Below are positions 20,409 through 30,145 of a stretch of 54,831 bases of DNA, in pieces. This DNA comes from a virus (lineage: Duplodnaviria; Caudoviricetes): IMG/VR virus record IMGVR_UViG_3300043394_000753, positions 1 through 54,831 of that record; one strand, 5' to 3'. The position numbers were made by a program, and so were the translations under genes. Below the pieces are notes generated by a model. That model did not search any database. It was not told where the DNA came from and worked only from the letters and a program-made list of their open reading frames with translations. The stretch's first letter is position 1; every line of letters starts with the position of its first letter.

Positions 20409-21908
20409 TTATTTTTTAGAAGCTACTGTGTTTTTGTTAACGTTATTAATTCTACTTGGCCATTCTCTTCTAAGTAAATTAATTTTCTGCCCAATACCTG
20501 CGTCACCTGCCTTATATGTATATTGAATTCCTCCAACCACATAATATCCACTTAAAAATTCATCTACCATGTAAACTGAAGGATCTGATAGGTATGAATC
20601 TTCAACCTTTTCAGCTTCAAATCCATCCTCTGTCTTTTTATCTTTAAGAATTTTATCAGCCTTCATTATATCAGTACCATTTGTATAAATAAATACAGGA
20701 ATTTTATGATATCTGTGAATCGCCGGATTGAACGTTGCTAATTCAATATCGAGTGACATTTTTTTAACTTCATCCATATTTTGTGAATTTGAAATTGCAG
20801 CATACTCATAATTTAAATGTGTATTAGAAGTTTCAGGGTCACCTGATTTTCTACCTACATATTTATATTTTATTTCATTTTTATATCTGTCTTCATCTCT
20901 TCTACCTTTTAATGGTTCTTCGATGTCTTTCATGTTTTTACTAACAAGGGGTTCTATATCATGTGAAACTAATCCTTCTTCTGAATCATTTTCATAATAT
21001 TGTAAAACTCTTTTATAACCATTCTTTTTTAGAGCAGCACCTGCACTATTTTTCAGTGACTGAGAAATAATAAATCTATTTGTTCCAGAATCTCTTTTGT
21101 GATTTGAAAGAACTAACGGTTGTTCTGCCTGATTTAATGAATCATCCACTCCTGTTGTTTTTGCGTCAGCATAATCAACAATTGTCGCCAATTTTGCATC
21201 CTCGAGGGTTTCTTCAGAATCAAATAATTTATTTAAATTTACATAATTTAAATAATAGTATGGGTCTATGCTGAATGTCTGAAAACTATCTTCATCAATA
21301 TACGAATGTCTAACCAAATCTTCTAATGTATCATACATTGAATTAAATGGTATAACTAAATTCATTGAATCATCGGTTGAATCTATGTTAGTTGCAACCC
21401 CTAATTTTAAATCATTTGCCATTTTTTCAATATGGTCTAATGATGTACCAACCCCATACGATTTACAATCTTCAGAGTATAATCCTGGGATTTTAACTCT
21501 TCCCATTAATGTATACTTGCCTCCTTTAGTAGAAGTTCGTTGATTAGGTGTTTCTACATATATAATGTCGAAGTCCATTCTAATAGCCTTATACGTTGTT
21601 TTATCAAGAGTACCCATTCTAAAGTTAATTACATCTCCATCTCTTGGAAAGGTGTCAACCCCGAATTGACCTCTTGTATCTATTAATGTAACTTCAAGAA
21701 TAGGTAAAATTCCAGTGCAATCCAAGTTCATTCGCAAAATATCTTCAGTCGCAAATTCATATCGATTAATCATCACCATAATATCTAATCCTCCACTAGT
21801 AACGGCCCTATCATTTCCCTCGTCTTCTTTAAACGATTCAAATTCCAATTTGTCTAAAACAATTGTAGGTTCAGTTACCGTTAAAATATGATTATCTATT
21901 GATGCCAT
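20409..21908 (-). CDS. putative baseplate hub protein (gp27/GPD-like)
   Basis: 499 aa; C-terminal FLSGYYVVGGIQYTY....Q.INLLRR typical of hub proteins; gp53-hub-gp5 synteny. Confidence 0.6.
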   Translation of the reverse strand: MASIDNHILTVTEPTIVLDKLEFESFKEDEGNDRAVTSGGLDIMVMINRYEFATEDILRMNLDCTGILPILEVTLIDTRGQFGVDTFPRDGDVINFRMGTLDKTTYKAIRMDFDIIYVETPNQRTSTKGGKYTLMGRVKIPGLYSEDCKSYGVGTSLDHIEKMANDLKLGVATNIDSTDDSMNLVIPFNSMYDTLEDLVRHSYIDEDSFQTFSIDPYYYLNYVNLNKLFDSEETLEDAKLATIVDYADAKTTGVDDSLNQAEQPLVLSNHKRDSGTNRFIISQSLKNSAGAALKKNGYKRVLQYYENDSEEGLVSHDIEPLVSKNMKDIEEPLKGRRDEDRYKNEIKYKYVGRKSGDPETSNTHLNYEYAAISNSQNMDEVKKMSLDIELATFNPAIHRYHKIPVFIYTNGTDIMKADKILKDKKTEDGFEAEKVEDSYLSDPSVYMVDEFLSGYYVVGGIQYTYKAGDAGIGQKINLLRREWPSRINNVNKNTVASKK

Positions 21909-21910
21909 TG

Positions 21911-22411
21911 TTATATTGTTATTGTACCGTTTCCGATTGTTATATTAGTTTCTCCTTCTTTAAGAATATTAGGAGGCAATATTTGTTTAGATCCATTTGC
22001 CTTTTGTGCAGCCTTTCTTTGAAGATATTCAATTCGCTTAGCATCCTTAACTGGAATTCGCTTTGTATCAATAAATTGATCTCTAATCGAAGGTTCATTA
22101 CTTGAGGTCTGTGCCATTTTAATTGGCTTAATAGTATTTAAAGTTGCCATATTTTGTGGAATAAGTAAAACATCTCCCAAATTAATTAAAAAAGGATTCG
22201 ATATGTTATTCCATTTTAATATATAATCACAGTAATTTGCATCTCTATAGTATTTTAAAGAGATTAAGTCTATTCTGCCAATTTCATCTTCAGTCACAGT
22301 ATGTTCTGCAATGGTTTCAGTTAGTGGTGAAAAAACAACAGTAGGTGTTGTCATAATTACCTTGCCGTTATCCGCTGAAAGATTCTTTTTTTCTAGTGTT
22401 GTAAATTTCAT
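21911..22411 (-). CDS. baseplate wedge protein, gp53/LysM-like
   Basis: HTVTEDEIGRIDLISLKYY...ILKWNNISNPFLINLGDVLLIP is the gp53/tail-X LysM pattern. Confidence 0.8.
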   Translation of the reverse strand: MKFTTLEKKNLSADNGKVIMTTPTVVFSPLTETIAEHTVTEDEIGRIDLISLKYYRDANYCDYILKWNNISNPFLINLGDVLLIPQNMATLNTIKPIKMAQTSSNEPSIRDQFIDTKRIPVKDAKRIEYLQRKAAQKANGSKQILPPNILKEGETNITIGNGTITI

Positions 22412-24204
22412 TATCCGTTACTTAATTTTCTGAATACGTTAACAAAGGAATCCTTAGTAGGAGCACCTGTATCTTTATTACCATATGCACTTACATCAAT
22501 TGTTTTATTAATATCTGCAACATCATCAGGTTGTACATAAAATCGGCCTCTACCCGTATTAAACATTGATTCAATTTCTGCTTTATCGCGAGGACGCCCT
22601 GGTTTAAGTTTAATAACTGCGATTAATCTTTCAGGAAAGTCATGAATTGTACTCGCACCTTCAAATGTAATTTCACAATCTTCCATTATTAAATTTCCTA
22701 TTACCATCATTGGATTTAATGGATTTCCAACTGTTAAATGCCATTGTCCAGTAGGGTCACCCGATAATAATGCAGCAACCGCCTGTCCACCCTGTGGTGT
22801 GTTAAACATTTCCATTAAACTTCCACCTATCAGATTATTTAAAAATTTATTATTTGCAAGATTTTTATAGTTAGCAGGATCTAAAACTCCTTTAAACATA
22901 TCTCCCATATCTTTTATGATTGTACCTAAAAATCCTCCATAATCACCTGATCTAAGTTTTCCTAAATCTCCAAGTGGCTTTGCAACCGCACCATCTCCAA
23001 TATATCTTACGCTACCTCCCCAAAATGGAGCATTATTATATGTTAATGCTAAAAGATTGGCAAGTTGATCGAGCATCATTACCTTTGGGTTTACTCCCTC
23101 AAAACTTTTAAGTTCATATTCAAATCTTAATGAAAACGCTTGTTCAAATTTTAATCCTTTTTCTCGAACCATCATGTCGCGTATAACGTTTAATGGACCA
23201 AATACATGATTAGGATATGTGTTTGAAAATGAATCATATCCTGCATTTTGTTTATTTGCGTTTGAAGAAACTGCATCTCTTCCGGCTGCTGCGTTTGTTG
23301 CTGCAGAAAGAAATCTGCTACTCTCAATTATACCTCCAAATGTACCACTAGAAGCCTGTTGTTTTGATTGCAGCTCTTGCACATCTGCCGTTGCTGTGTT
23401 ATAATTAAATCCATGCGAAAATTTCAAAATTTCAGTTAATGGATTTCCGGCAGCTTCACCAATCCACGTCACTGCTCTTGCAAGATCGGGCTGTTGAATA
23501 GGAACCATTTCCTTTCCAGCGGGATTAAGACCAGATGGTGTTATAATATCATCGGTGCATGGATACGCAAATCTTCGTAAAGTTATGAGCATACTATTTG
23601 GAATTTTTCCAAAAAAACGAGTCAGCGCAAAATCTGAATACTGATATCGATAAGCGTAGTTATTTTCAAGCTTTCCAGTTAATTCAATAATTTGAGTAGC
23701 GGTGGGATTAATTAAACTAAGTGGATCTATTTTTCTGTATCTGCCTGATTTAACATTAAGTCCATCCTTGCCCATATCAAGTGGATTACCTCTATAATTA
23801 ATTAAAGAATATTTATTAAAGGCAGAATATGGTCTTGGGCCAACCTGTAATACCTTTCCTTCATTTTTTCCAGCTTGAGTTGATGTGTATTTTTCAGATT
23901 CGTTTTCATCTGTATAATACTTAGAATTGGTTGTATCGATCGTGGAAAATGGTTGATCCGTTACCATCGATCTTGCCTGGGTTTGGTCAGGTGGATTTAA
24001 AGATTTTAAACCTCTATTTCTTGACTTCTTTTTACCTACTGTTTGCGTTGGGTCTTCTCCGTCTATGTCGTATCCGGTAACGCTTTTTACTGCACTGATA
24101 AATCCTTTACCTAGCGATGTAGTTTTTGCGTATGAAAAACCTTCACTTGTTTTTTTTCTAGTAGATTCAGCTAATTTTTCAAAATAATCTTTTTCTGCTG
24201 CCAT
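22411..24204 (-). CDS. putative baseplate tail-tube initiator (gp48-like)
   Basis: 597 aa; C-terminal IGNLIMEDCEITF....FPERLIAVIKLKP tube-like fold pattern; directly upstream of the gp53-like gene. Confidence 0.5.
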   Translation of the reverse strand: MAAEKDYFEKLAESTRKKTSEGFSYAKTTSLGKGFISAVKSVTGYDIDGEDPTQTVGKKKSRNRGLKSLNPPDQTQARSMVTDQPFSTIDTTNSKYYTDENESEKYTSTQAGKNEGKVLQVGPRPYSAFNKYSLINYRGNPLDMGKDGLNVKSGRYRKIDPLSLINPTATQIIELTGKLENNYAYRYQYSDFALTRFFGKIPNSMLITLRRFAYPCTDDIITPSGLNPAGKEMVPIQQPDLARAVTWIGEAAGNPLTEILKFSHGFNYNTATADVQELQSKQQASSGTFGGIIESSRFLSAATNAAAGRDAVSSNANKQNAGYDSFSNTYPNHVFGPLNVIRDMMVREKGLKFEQAFSLRFEYELKSFEGVNPKVMMLDQLANLLALTYNNAPFWGGSVRYIGDGAVAKPLGDLGKLRSGDYGGFLGTIIKDMGDMFKGVLDPANYKNLANNKFLNNLIGGSLMEMFNTPQGGQAVAALLSGDPTGQWHLTVGNPLNPMMVIGNLIMEDCEITFEGASTIHDFPERLIAVIKLKPGRPRDKAEIESMFNTGRGRFYVQPDDVADINKTIDVSAYGNKDTGAPTKDSFVNVFRKLSNG

Positions 24205-24251
24205 TCCTAATTTTAGATATATTTGTTTTAGTATATATCTAATTTTTGATT

Positions 24252-24839
24252 TTACTCTAAATTATCGAGTTCAATGGATTTAGGTCTAAATAACAATTTA
24301 TCAAAATAGTCTGATGTGGTACCAGCCCTATCCCCTAGAAACTTTTTAATATGTGACTGAAACACACCCTTACTTTCATAATGATAATTACCCTTAGAAT
24401 ATGTGTTTCGCGTGGTTAATTCATATAAATCCTTGATGGTTTTCTCAATAAAAAAATCCTGTATGTTATTATATAACTCCATAATTTCTCCATGCGTTTT
24501 TACACACATTACCGAGTCAACTACAACCGTGTAGGTTTCCCATCTGGATTCTATATAATTTTGAAATTCTTTAACTGTTGAAAATTTTTGTCTAGAAATT
24601 CTGAAAGATGTAAGAGCACCATCAAAATTTCTATCAAATTTCATGTCAAACATATACCTTTTTAAAAAATCGATATCGTCATAAAATTTTGTAATTTTTA
24701 TTTGATATCTTGGCATTTTATCGCTGAATTCAACATCATGTATAATTGCCCTTACTGGAAAGACAATATTGTTATACCTATTATTTGAAATAAGTACATG
24801 AATGTATTCACCCTTTGAAAAAAGTTTGTGTCTAATCAT
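24252..24839 (-). CDS. hypothetical protein
   Basis: 195-aa ORF overlapping the upstream gene by 4 nt. Confidence 0.7.
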   Translation of the reverse strand: MIRHKLFSKGEYIHVLISNNRYNNIVFPVRAIIHDVEFSDKMPRYQIKITKFYDDIDFLKRYMFDMKFDRNFDGALTSFRISRQKFSTVKEFQNYIESRWETYTVVVDSVMCVKTHGEIMELYNNIQDFFIEKTIKDLYELTTRNTYSKGNYHYESKGVFQSHIKKFLGDRAGTTSDYFDKLLFRPKSIELDNLE

Positions 24840-25240
24840 TTTTTAATAATATTAACAGTGTCAAATAGGTCAGATATTCTTCCATCCACTTGTACATTAT
24901 TATGAATTATAGTTAATATGATTATATGCTCTCTATCAGATTGAGAGTCTATTAAGTTTTTAAAGTTGGTTACAACCTCAAATTCAAGATTTTTAAATAA
25001 GTAAATTACACGATCAACTCCAATATTATCTATATGAAGTTGACGTGTAATTTCAGATATGATTGTTAATCCAACAACTGAATCACATGGTTCCTGTCCA
25101 TAGGGATCTGCTTTAATAAGTTTATTTTTTATTGATGCATGGTCAATTACCTTAGTTGACAATCTATCAATATCCTTTATAAACTTATTAAATTCACGCC
25201 TAGATGGGCACCATACACATTCAATTGTTAAATTATTCAT
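24836..25240 (-). CDS. hypothetical protein
   Basis: 134-aa ORF in a tightly packed run. Confidence 0.7.
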   Translation of the reverse strand: MNNLTIECVWCPSRREFNKFIKDIDRLSTKVIDHASIKNKLIKADPYGQEPCDSVVGLTIISEITRQLHIDNIGVDRVIYLFKNLEFEVVTNFKNLIDSQSDREHIIILTIIHNNVQVDGRISDLFDTVNIIKK

Positions 25241-25555
25241 TTATTGTTTTGCAGAAGCCTTCAATTCATTTAATTGTTTTTCAAGCCTCTCTATTTTTTC
25301 ATTTTTTTCTTTAGTGGTTGGAATGTAATCAACTCCCCAATCTTCAATAATCTGTATTTGGCGTTTATTTTTTGAATTACCAAACGTTAATCCAATATCA
25401 ACACATAATTCATTGATAAATTTAATTTTATTAGATTGAATTTCAAAATCATAAACCGTAGTTGATTCAAAAACTTCTCCAGCTGAATTAATATTATCAT
25501 CTAATATTGTCTTAATAACACCATTATCTGCTAACGTTATTTTAACTGTCTGCAT
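25241..25555 (-). CDS. hypothetical protein
   Basis: 104-aa ORF with a C-terminal coiled coil. Confidence 0.7.
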   Translation of the reverse strand: MQTVKITLADNGVIKTILDDNINSAGEVFESTTVYDFEIQSNKIKFINELCVDIGLTFGNSKNKRQIQIIEDWGVDYIPTTKEKNEKIERLEKQLNELKASAKQ

Positions 25556-25934
25556 TTAATCTTGCATTTAAAGATTCTCTTGCTTGTTTTTGTAGTGTAG
25601 CAGCCTTCTTTTTATCTTCTTTATATGTTAGTTTATTTTTAACATTAACTAAAATCCACGCCTCTTCTAACATATTTTGCTCAACTTCGTTATATCCTTG
25701 ATCTTTCCAAGATTCCTTTAAACCATTTACTTTAGTTTGTAATTGATTTTCAATATCGTCCTGTACTCTATTTAAAAAGGCTTCATGTGCTTGGTTTCCA
25801 TCATTTCTTGTTTTATCATACCATGCCTCACCCGGTCCATTTAAAGGACTATACATATTTTTAATTTTTAAGTAACCCATCTCGGATAATTGAGATCTTC
25901 GTTGTCTTCTAGACGGTGTTGTTCCTTTACTCAT
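25542..25934 (-). CDS. hypothetical protein
   Basis: 130-aa helical ORF with basic N-terminus (SRRQRR). Confidence 0.7.
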   Translation of the reverse strand: MSKGTTPSRRQRRSQLSEMGYLKIKNMYSPLNGPGEAWYDKTRNDGNQAHEAFLNRVQDDIENQLQTKVNGLKESWKDQGYNEVEQNMLEEAWILVNVKNKLTYKEDKKKAATLQKQARESLNARLNADS

Positions 25935-26562
25935 TGTAGTATTTATTTATAAATGTTATTACTTCTTGTTTTAAATATTCTTGCAGTTTATTTATCTCTA
26001 TTTGTGAGACAGCTACCTGCGCAATGGTATTAATAAGATTTTCTTTATCTTCATCTGCGTTTTCAATTAACATATTAAATATTTGCTTATTTGGTATGTT
26101 TAAATTAATAATAGCATGTAAAGGCTCTATATTCTTTTTAGAAAGTTTAGCAACTAATTCTTCCAGTGGAGAAATTTCAGGTGTTTTACTAATAATAGTA
26201 GGCTGTGTTGATTCAATTAATTCAACATGATTGGTTTTGATTGATTTTTCTCCCATTGCAATTGAGTTTAATGTATCTGCGCCGGGAAACGGTAGTTTAC
26301 CATCAATTACTTCTTCCATAAATTCACCCAAAACATTATTAAAAATTTGAGAACCATCTGTAAAGTGTGTAAATTTACCATCATCGTGGTTAACTTCAAC
26401 TACTTTACCAAAATTCTCACCCTTTTTCCATTGATATGTTTTTACAGTTTCTTTCACTACTTCCATTGTTTGTAATTTTTCATGATTATATTCTTTTTTA
26501 TAAAAATGTTTCTTAATCCAATTGATTGAACTCTTCATCATTTTTGCAATATTTAATTTCAA
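25927..26562 (-). CDS. hypothetical protein (start uncertain, possibly 26466)
   Basis: ORF in operon context; several in-frame ATGs. Confidence 0.65.
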   Translation of the reverse strand: MKLNIAKMMKSSINWIKKHFYKKEYNHEKLQTMEVVKETVKTYQWKKGENFGKVVEVNHDDGKFTHFTDGSQIFNNVLGEFMEEVIDGKLPFPGADTLNSIAMGEKSIKTNHVELIESTQPTIISKTPEISPLEELVAKLSKKNIEPLHAIINLNIPNKQIFNMLIENADEDKENLINTIAQVAVSQIEINKLQEYLKQEVITFINKYYNE

Positions 26563-26710
26563 ATTTTTCTATAAAATCAATTCCATCATCATCTCCGATT
26601 AATACATCTACCTTTCTAACGTATTTGTGATAGAATTTAATGCTGCCGTTTTCAATAAGAAAGTTCCTAAGTGTTTCAACATTGGGAACTATTAGTTTAT
26701 TAATACTCAT
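26513..26710 (-). CDS. hypothetical protein
   Basis: 65-aa ORF overlapping the dCMP deaminase stop. Confidence 0.55.
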   Translation of the reverse strand: MSINKLIVPNVETLRNFLIENGSIKFYHKYVRKVDVLIGDDDGIDFIEKFEIKYCKNDEEFNQLD

Positions 26711-27215
26711 TCCAGGTGTTTACTTGATTTACTTTTATATCTGCTGTTTTTAATAACTCAACTCCACTCATATCTCTATAATCTTCAGAATAATATACTT
26801 CAGTTACACCTGATTGTATGATTAATTTTGCACAATCAAAACATGGACATGTTGTAGTATATAAAGTTGCTCCATCACAGCTCATTGTTGACTTAGCAAC
26901 CTTCATAATTGCGTTTGATTCAGCATGCAACACCTCTCTTTTTGTTACATGTCGATGTGCACATCCTAATTCGGTATTAGATAATGTCCATCCATTTTCT
27001 TGTAACAATTCTGCCTGTTCCGGAAAATCCCATCCTGTTTCTTCAACACATTCGCATTCATTATCGAATCCATGTGGTGTTCCATTATATCCAAATGAAA
27101 TCACCTGTTTGTCTTTGACAATAACGCAACCTACCTTTCTGCGAGTTGCATAACTAAGCTTTGCAAACTGATATGCGACTTGCATATAAATAATTTCTAT
27201 TGGAATTTTAGGCAT
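26700..27215 (-). CDS. dCMP deaminase (ComEB/T4 cd family)
   Basis: RRKVGCVIVKD, GYNGTP, HAESNAI and PCFDC zinc-binding deaminase motifs. Confidence 0.93.
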   Translation of the reverse strand: MPKIPIEIIYMQVAYQFAKLSYATRRKVGCVIVKDKQVISFGYNGTPHGFDNECECVEETGWDFPEQAELLQENGWTLSNTELGCAHRHVTKREVLHAESNAIMKVAKSTMSCDGATLYTTTCPCFDCAKLIIQSGVTEVYYSEDYRDMSGVELLKTADIKVNQVNTWNEY

Positions 27216-27217
27216 AA

Positions 27218-27266
27218 AAAAAGTCTATATATGTTTATTATTATATATAGACTTTTTATTTAGTTT
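27218..27266 (-). promoter_or_regulatory. AAAC-N17-TATAAT promoter-like motif overlapped by a 15-bp inverted repeat
   Basis: IR arms 27218-27232 and 27243-27257; TATAAT at 27240-27245; AAAC at 27263-27266. Confidence 0.7.
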
Positions 27267-27275
27267 ATTTGCGAA

Positions 27276-27752
27276 TTAATCAATATCCTCGCCATCTACA
27301 GCGTCTTTAACTTCTTTAGTTTCATTGATTTTTTTAGTGTATGCTTCTGCCATTTTGTTTAAACATGCTTCAAACGCTTCGGTTTCCATATCACCCTTTA
27401 ATTCGGTGAGAGCGTTTACTCCCATTCTAGCAACTAATGCAGCATTTTCAGCCATATAAGTTTCTACTGTATGGTCGTCATGTGCATCTTCATCCCATTC
27501 CTTTGCTTCTTCCATTACTTGTTCGTAACATTTTTCTAACATTTCCGAAACTGGAATTGTTGGATTAATTCCATCTCCTTTTCCTTGAATTGGAGTTACT
27601 TTTTCCTCAGATTCTTGAACTTCTTCTGCTTCATCTTCAACTTCAGATAAATCTTTATCTTCTGGTTCTGCAACAGCTGTTAATTTAGTTTCTATTTCCT
27701 CTGATCTGTCCATTTCAGAAATAAAGGTTTCAAATGATTTAATACTTGCCAT
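27276..27752 (-). CDS. acidic hypothetical protein with capsid-targeting-like N-terminus
   Basis: Starts MASIKSFETFISE; very Glu/Asp-rich; late-type motif at 27784-27793. Confidence 0.65.
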   Translation of the reverse strand: MASIKSFETFISEMDRSEEIETKLTAVAEPEDKDLSEVEDEAEEVQESEEKVTPIQGKGDGINPTIPVSEMLEKCYEQVMEEAKEWDEDAHDDHTVETYMAENAALVARMGVNALTELKGDMETEAFEACLNKMAEAYTKKINETKEVKDAVDGEDID

Positions 27753-27784
27753 AGTTTTTAATTTTTTTATATTAGTATATGGAT

Positions 27785-28111
27785 TTATATATCTTTATCT
27801 TTTATGATGTATTCAAAACTTGAAGGGAGGATGTGTTTTTGAATTTTTAATGCCTTAATTATAATTGCAACAATAATACCACCTGGCATTAGGGCAATTG
27901 TTGTCAGTCCAATTGTTTTTAAAACATCTTTAAATTGATTTCCAACCCATTCCTTTTGTAATTCGTTCATTTTATAGTCATACATCATATGTCCATATAG
28001 TAACTTAAAGGCGTCTTGGGTTTCCTTACCTTCTAATTTTAGTGCAACAATAAATTTTTTAGAATTAGTCTTAAAATCATTAATATGATTTGACAAGATA
28101 TTTGGTTTCAC
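27785..28111 (-). CDS. hypothetical protein with one hydrophobic segment
   Basis: 108 aa, GTG start; TIGLTTIALMPGGIIVAIII hydrophobic stretch. Confidence 0.6.
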   Translation of the reverse strand: MKPNILSNHINDFKTNSKKFIVALKLEGKETQDAFKLLYGHMMYDYKMNELQKEWVGNQFKDVLKTIGLTTIALMPGGIIVAIIIKALKIQKHILPSSFEYIIKDKDI

Positions 28112-28119
28112 CTAATGAA

Positions 28120-28461
28120 TTAATCTTCTGATTTATATGGTAATTTTTTATCATTTCCACCATCTCTAACCTCCTTTGCTAAATCAGCGTCTGCCTTACC
28201 CCATGTTCCTGTACCTTTTTCTAAAAATGCATTAACTCTAGCATGTCCCCATGCTTCTTGGCTCATTCCTTCATAATGGCTTGAATTCCACGCACCCATT
28301 CCTCTACGCATAACTGCGTTTAAGATTCCAATTGGTACGCCTGATTCTTTACTCTTTTTGGCAAGAGATTTATTTAAGTCAGCATTTTCTAATTTTGCTC
28401 TGGAAGTTTCCTTGTTTTCCTTTTCACTTAAAAATTGTTCAAATAACATTAAATGTTTCAT
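28120..28461 (-). CDS. conserved viral protein (DUF5824-like) with capsid-targeting-like N-terminus
   Basis: RRGMGAW...QEAWGHARVNAFL..G...DADL motif recalled from large DNA viruses; starts MKHLMLFEQFLSE. Confidence 0.65.
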   Translation of the reverse strand: MKHLMLFEQFLSEKENKETSRAKLENADLNKSLAKKSKESGVPIGILNAVMRRGMGAWNSSHYEGMSQEAWGHARVNAFLEKGTGTWGKADADLAKEVRDGGNDKKLPYKSED

Positions 28462-28480
28462 TGTATTACGATATATTTAT

Positions 28481-29401
28481 TTAACTATATATCATTGAAA
28501 AATCCTTATGATACTTTTGTAAAGCTAACTCTTTAGCCTTTGCTTCAATTTCAATATCTAGATCCATTCCATACGTTTCAATATATTCATATAAGTAATC
28601 AGCATGGGCTCTTAATATTACTGAACTATCTTCGTGTAATTTTTTTGAAGAGGAATAGTGACATAATTGACGAATGTCTTTAGGCCATGTTTTTGCACAT
28701 AATTCCAATGCATCCTTTTCTGACATAGAATCTTCATAACAGAAATGATGGAAAAAGTCAAACGTAATTGGAGTGCCACATAATTTATAAATTTCATAAA
28801 GATCTGTTACACCATATTGACTTGGCTTGTCATCGTTTTCCAAAACAAGACGAGAAGATGCACAATCAGGTAATAGTTTAAAATTTTCTGCAAATCTTTT
28901 AATTGCAGAATCTTTGTCGCCATACGTTCCACCGACATGAATATTCATTGCAGCATAGTGTGTTCTAGGTAAACCCATTAAATCCATAACCTTGCCATGT
29001 TGAGTTAATTCCCACACAGCATCATTGACAACCTTTGGATTTGGACTTGCAAGAATGTTAAAAGGACCTGGATGAAATGTAAGCCTTTGACCTACTTTAG
29101 TTGCGTAATCGCCTGCAGTTTTTAGTAATGATTTGATTGTATTATAGTTAGGCAATTCCTCAATATCATATTCTGAATTCCATGGAAACATACTAGATGA
29201 CATACGGTACATTGTAATTCCATTTGCATTATTCCATTTAAGGATTTCAATCATATCCCTGAGGTTAGCTTCGGCCAACTCACCTGCATATTTAATACCC
29301 TTTGCTTGAAAGGTTTTCTTAATCATGCTTCTACCGATCTTAATTCCTTTTTGTTTATCCAATGTTAAATTGATACAACAGTACCCGTAATTTGCAGCCA
29401 T
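28481..29401 (-). CDS. uvsE: UV DNA damage endonuclease (UvsE/UVDE)
   Basis: GYCCIN, YRMSS, RLTFHPG, NIHVGG, RLVLENDD, FDFFHH, HYS, HAD and IEAKAKE motifs. Confidence 0.93.
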   Translation of the reverse strand: MAANYGYCCINLTLDKQKGIKIGRSMIKKTFQAKGIKYAGELAEANLRDMIEILKWNNANGITMYRMSSSMFPWNSEYDIEELPNYNTIKSLLKTAGDYATKVGQRLTFHPGPFNILASPNPKVVNDAVWELTQHGKVMDLMGLPRTHYAAMNIHVGGTYGDKDSAIKRFAENFKLLPDCASSRLVLENDDKPSQYGVTDLYEIYKLCGTPITFDFFHHFCYEDSMSEKDALELCAKTWPKDIRQLCHYSSSKKLHEDSSVILRAHADYLYEYIETYGMDLDIEIEAKAKELALQKYHKDFSMIYS

Positions 29402-29418
29402 ATTTTTATATTAAATTA

Positions 29419-29445
29419 ATTATATTGTGGTTATGTTTATAGTTT
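29419..29445 (-). promoter_or_regulatory. AAAC-N17-TATAAT promoter-like motif upstream of uvsE
   Basis: Minus strand AAAC-TATAAACATAACCACAA-TATAAT, 17-nt spacer. Confidence 0.65.
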
Positions 29446-29694
29446 CGGATATCTATTACAAATATCGAAGATTCTAGAAATTTTTGATGCTAATTCTGTT
29501 GGTAATTGTAGGGCTTCAATTTGAAGATCTGTATATAAATATCCATCGAATAAACCATATAATTTGTTTTCCATATTAAACGATAATCCATCTTCGATTT
29601 CCTCAGAGTAAGATACTTCTTTAATTAAAGAAAGAATTTCAAATCTAGTTTCGTCATTCATATTTTCGTGTCTGTCAAATCTCGTGTAACTCAT
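29437..29694 (-). CDS. hypothetical protein (start reassigned to 29694, 85 aa)
   Basis: The track's longer ORF runs through the regulatory element at 29721-29800; MSYTRFDRH is the first ATG downstream of it. Confidence 0.65.
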   Translation of the reverse strand: MSYTRFDRHENMNDETRFEILSLIKEVSYSEEIEDGLSFNMENKLYGLFDGYLYTDLQIEALQLPTELASKISRIFDICNRYPKL

Positions 29695-29720
29695 AATGTG
29701 GTGTTTTAAATTGTTTGTTT

Positions 29721-29800
29721 TAATTATAATGTAAATATAACTAAAAAGAGCCAAACAAAAAAATGTTTGGCTAATTATTTTCAAAAAAGTTATTAACAAT
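29721..29800 (-). promoter_or_regulatory. conserved ~80-bp element, copy 2
   Basis: TTGTTAATAACTTT...AGCCAAACA/TGTTTGGCT hairpin-T-rich-GTTATATTTACATTATAAT; identical spacing to copy 1. Confidence 0.75.
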
Positions 29801-30145
29801 TTATTTCCAGAATAATTGGACACATATTAGTAATAGTGCAAGTGTTAGTGATATTATTGTTTTTTGATTTAATGGTTCATCCATTATAACGTAGGTTAAT
29901 ATTCCAAATGAAACCATACCCATTGCAAATCCAATAAATCTGCCTGGCCATAATTGACCATCATAATATTCTGCAATATATTTAGTTGCAATTATAAACA
30001 TATATGATATAGTAGATCCTCCGATTAAAGCAATTATTATTGGATGCTTTTTAAACCATGGCCAAACAAACTGACCATTTGTTTGAAACCAAATTAAAGA
30101 TTGTCCTAATATAAATAGTAATATTCCGTATATTAAATTTCTCAA
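29801..30145 (-). CDS. small multi-pass membrane protein (SMR/DMT-like)
   Basis: 114 aa with about four hydrophobic helices; DEPLNQK before the last helix. Confidence 0.65.
   Translation of the reverse strand: MRNLIYGILLFILGQSLIWFQTNGQFVWPWFKKHPIIIALIGGSTISYMFIIATKYIAEYYDGQLWPGRFIGFAMGMVSFGILTYVIMDEPLNQKTIISLTLALLLICVQLFWK

Noticed and set aside
29695-29823. N-terminal extensions in the ORF track (also 32941-33006, 34579-34674, 35060-35116 and 41057-41086)
   Set aside because: They run through regulatory elements or overlapping genes; downstream ATGs fit better.
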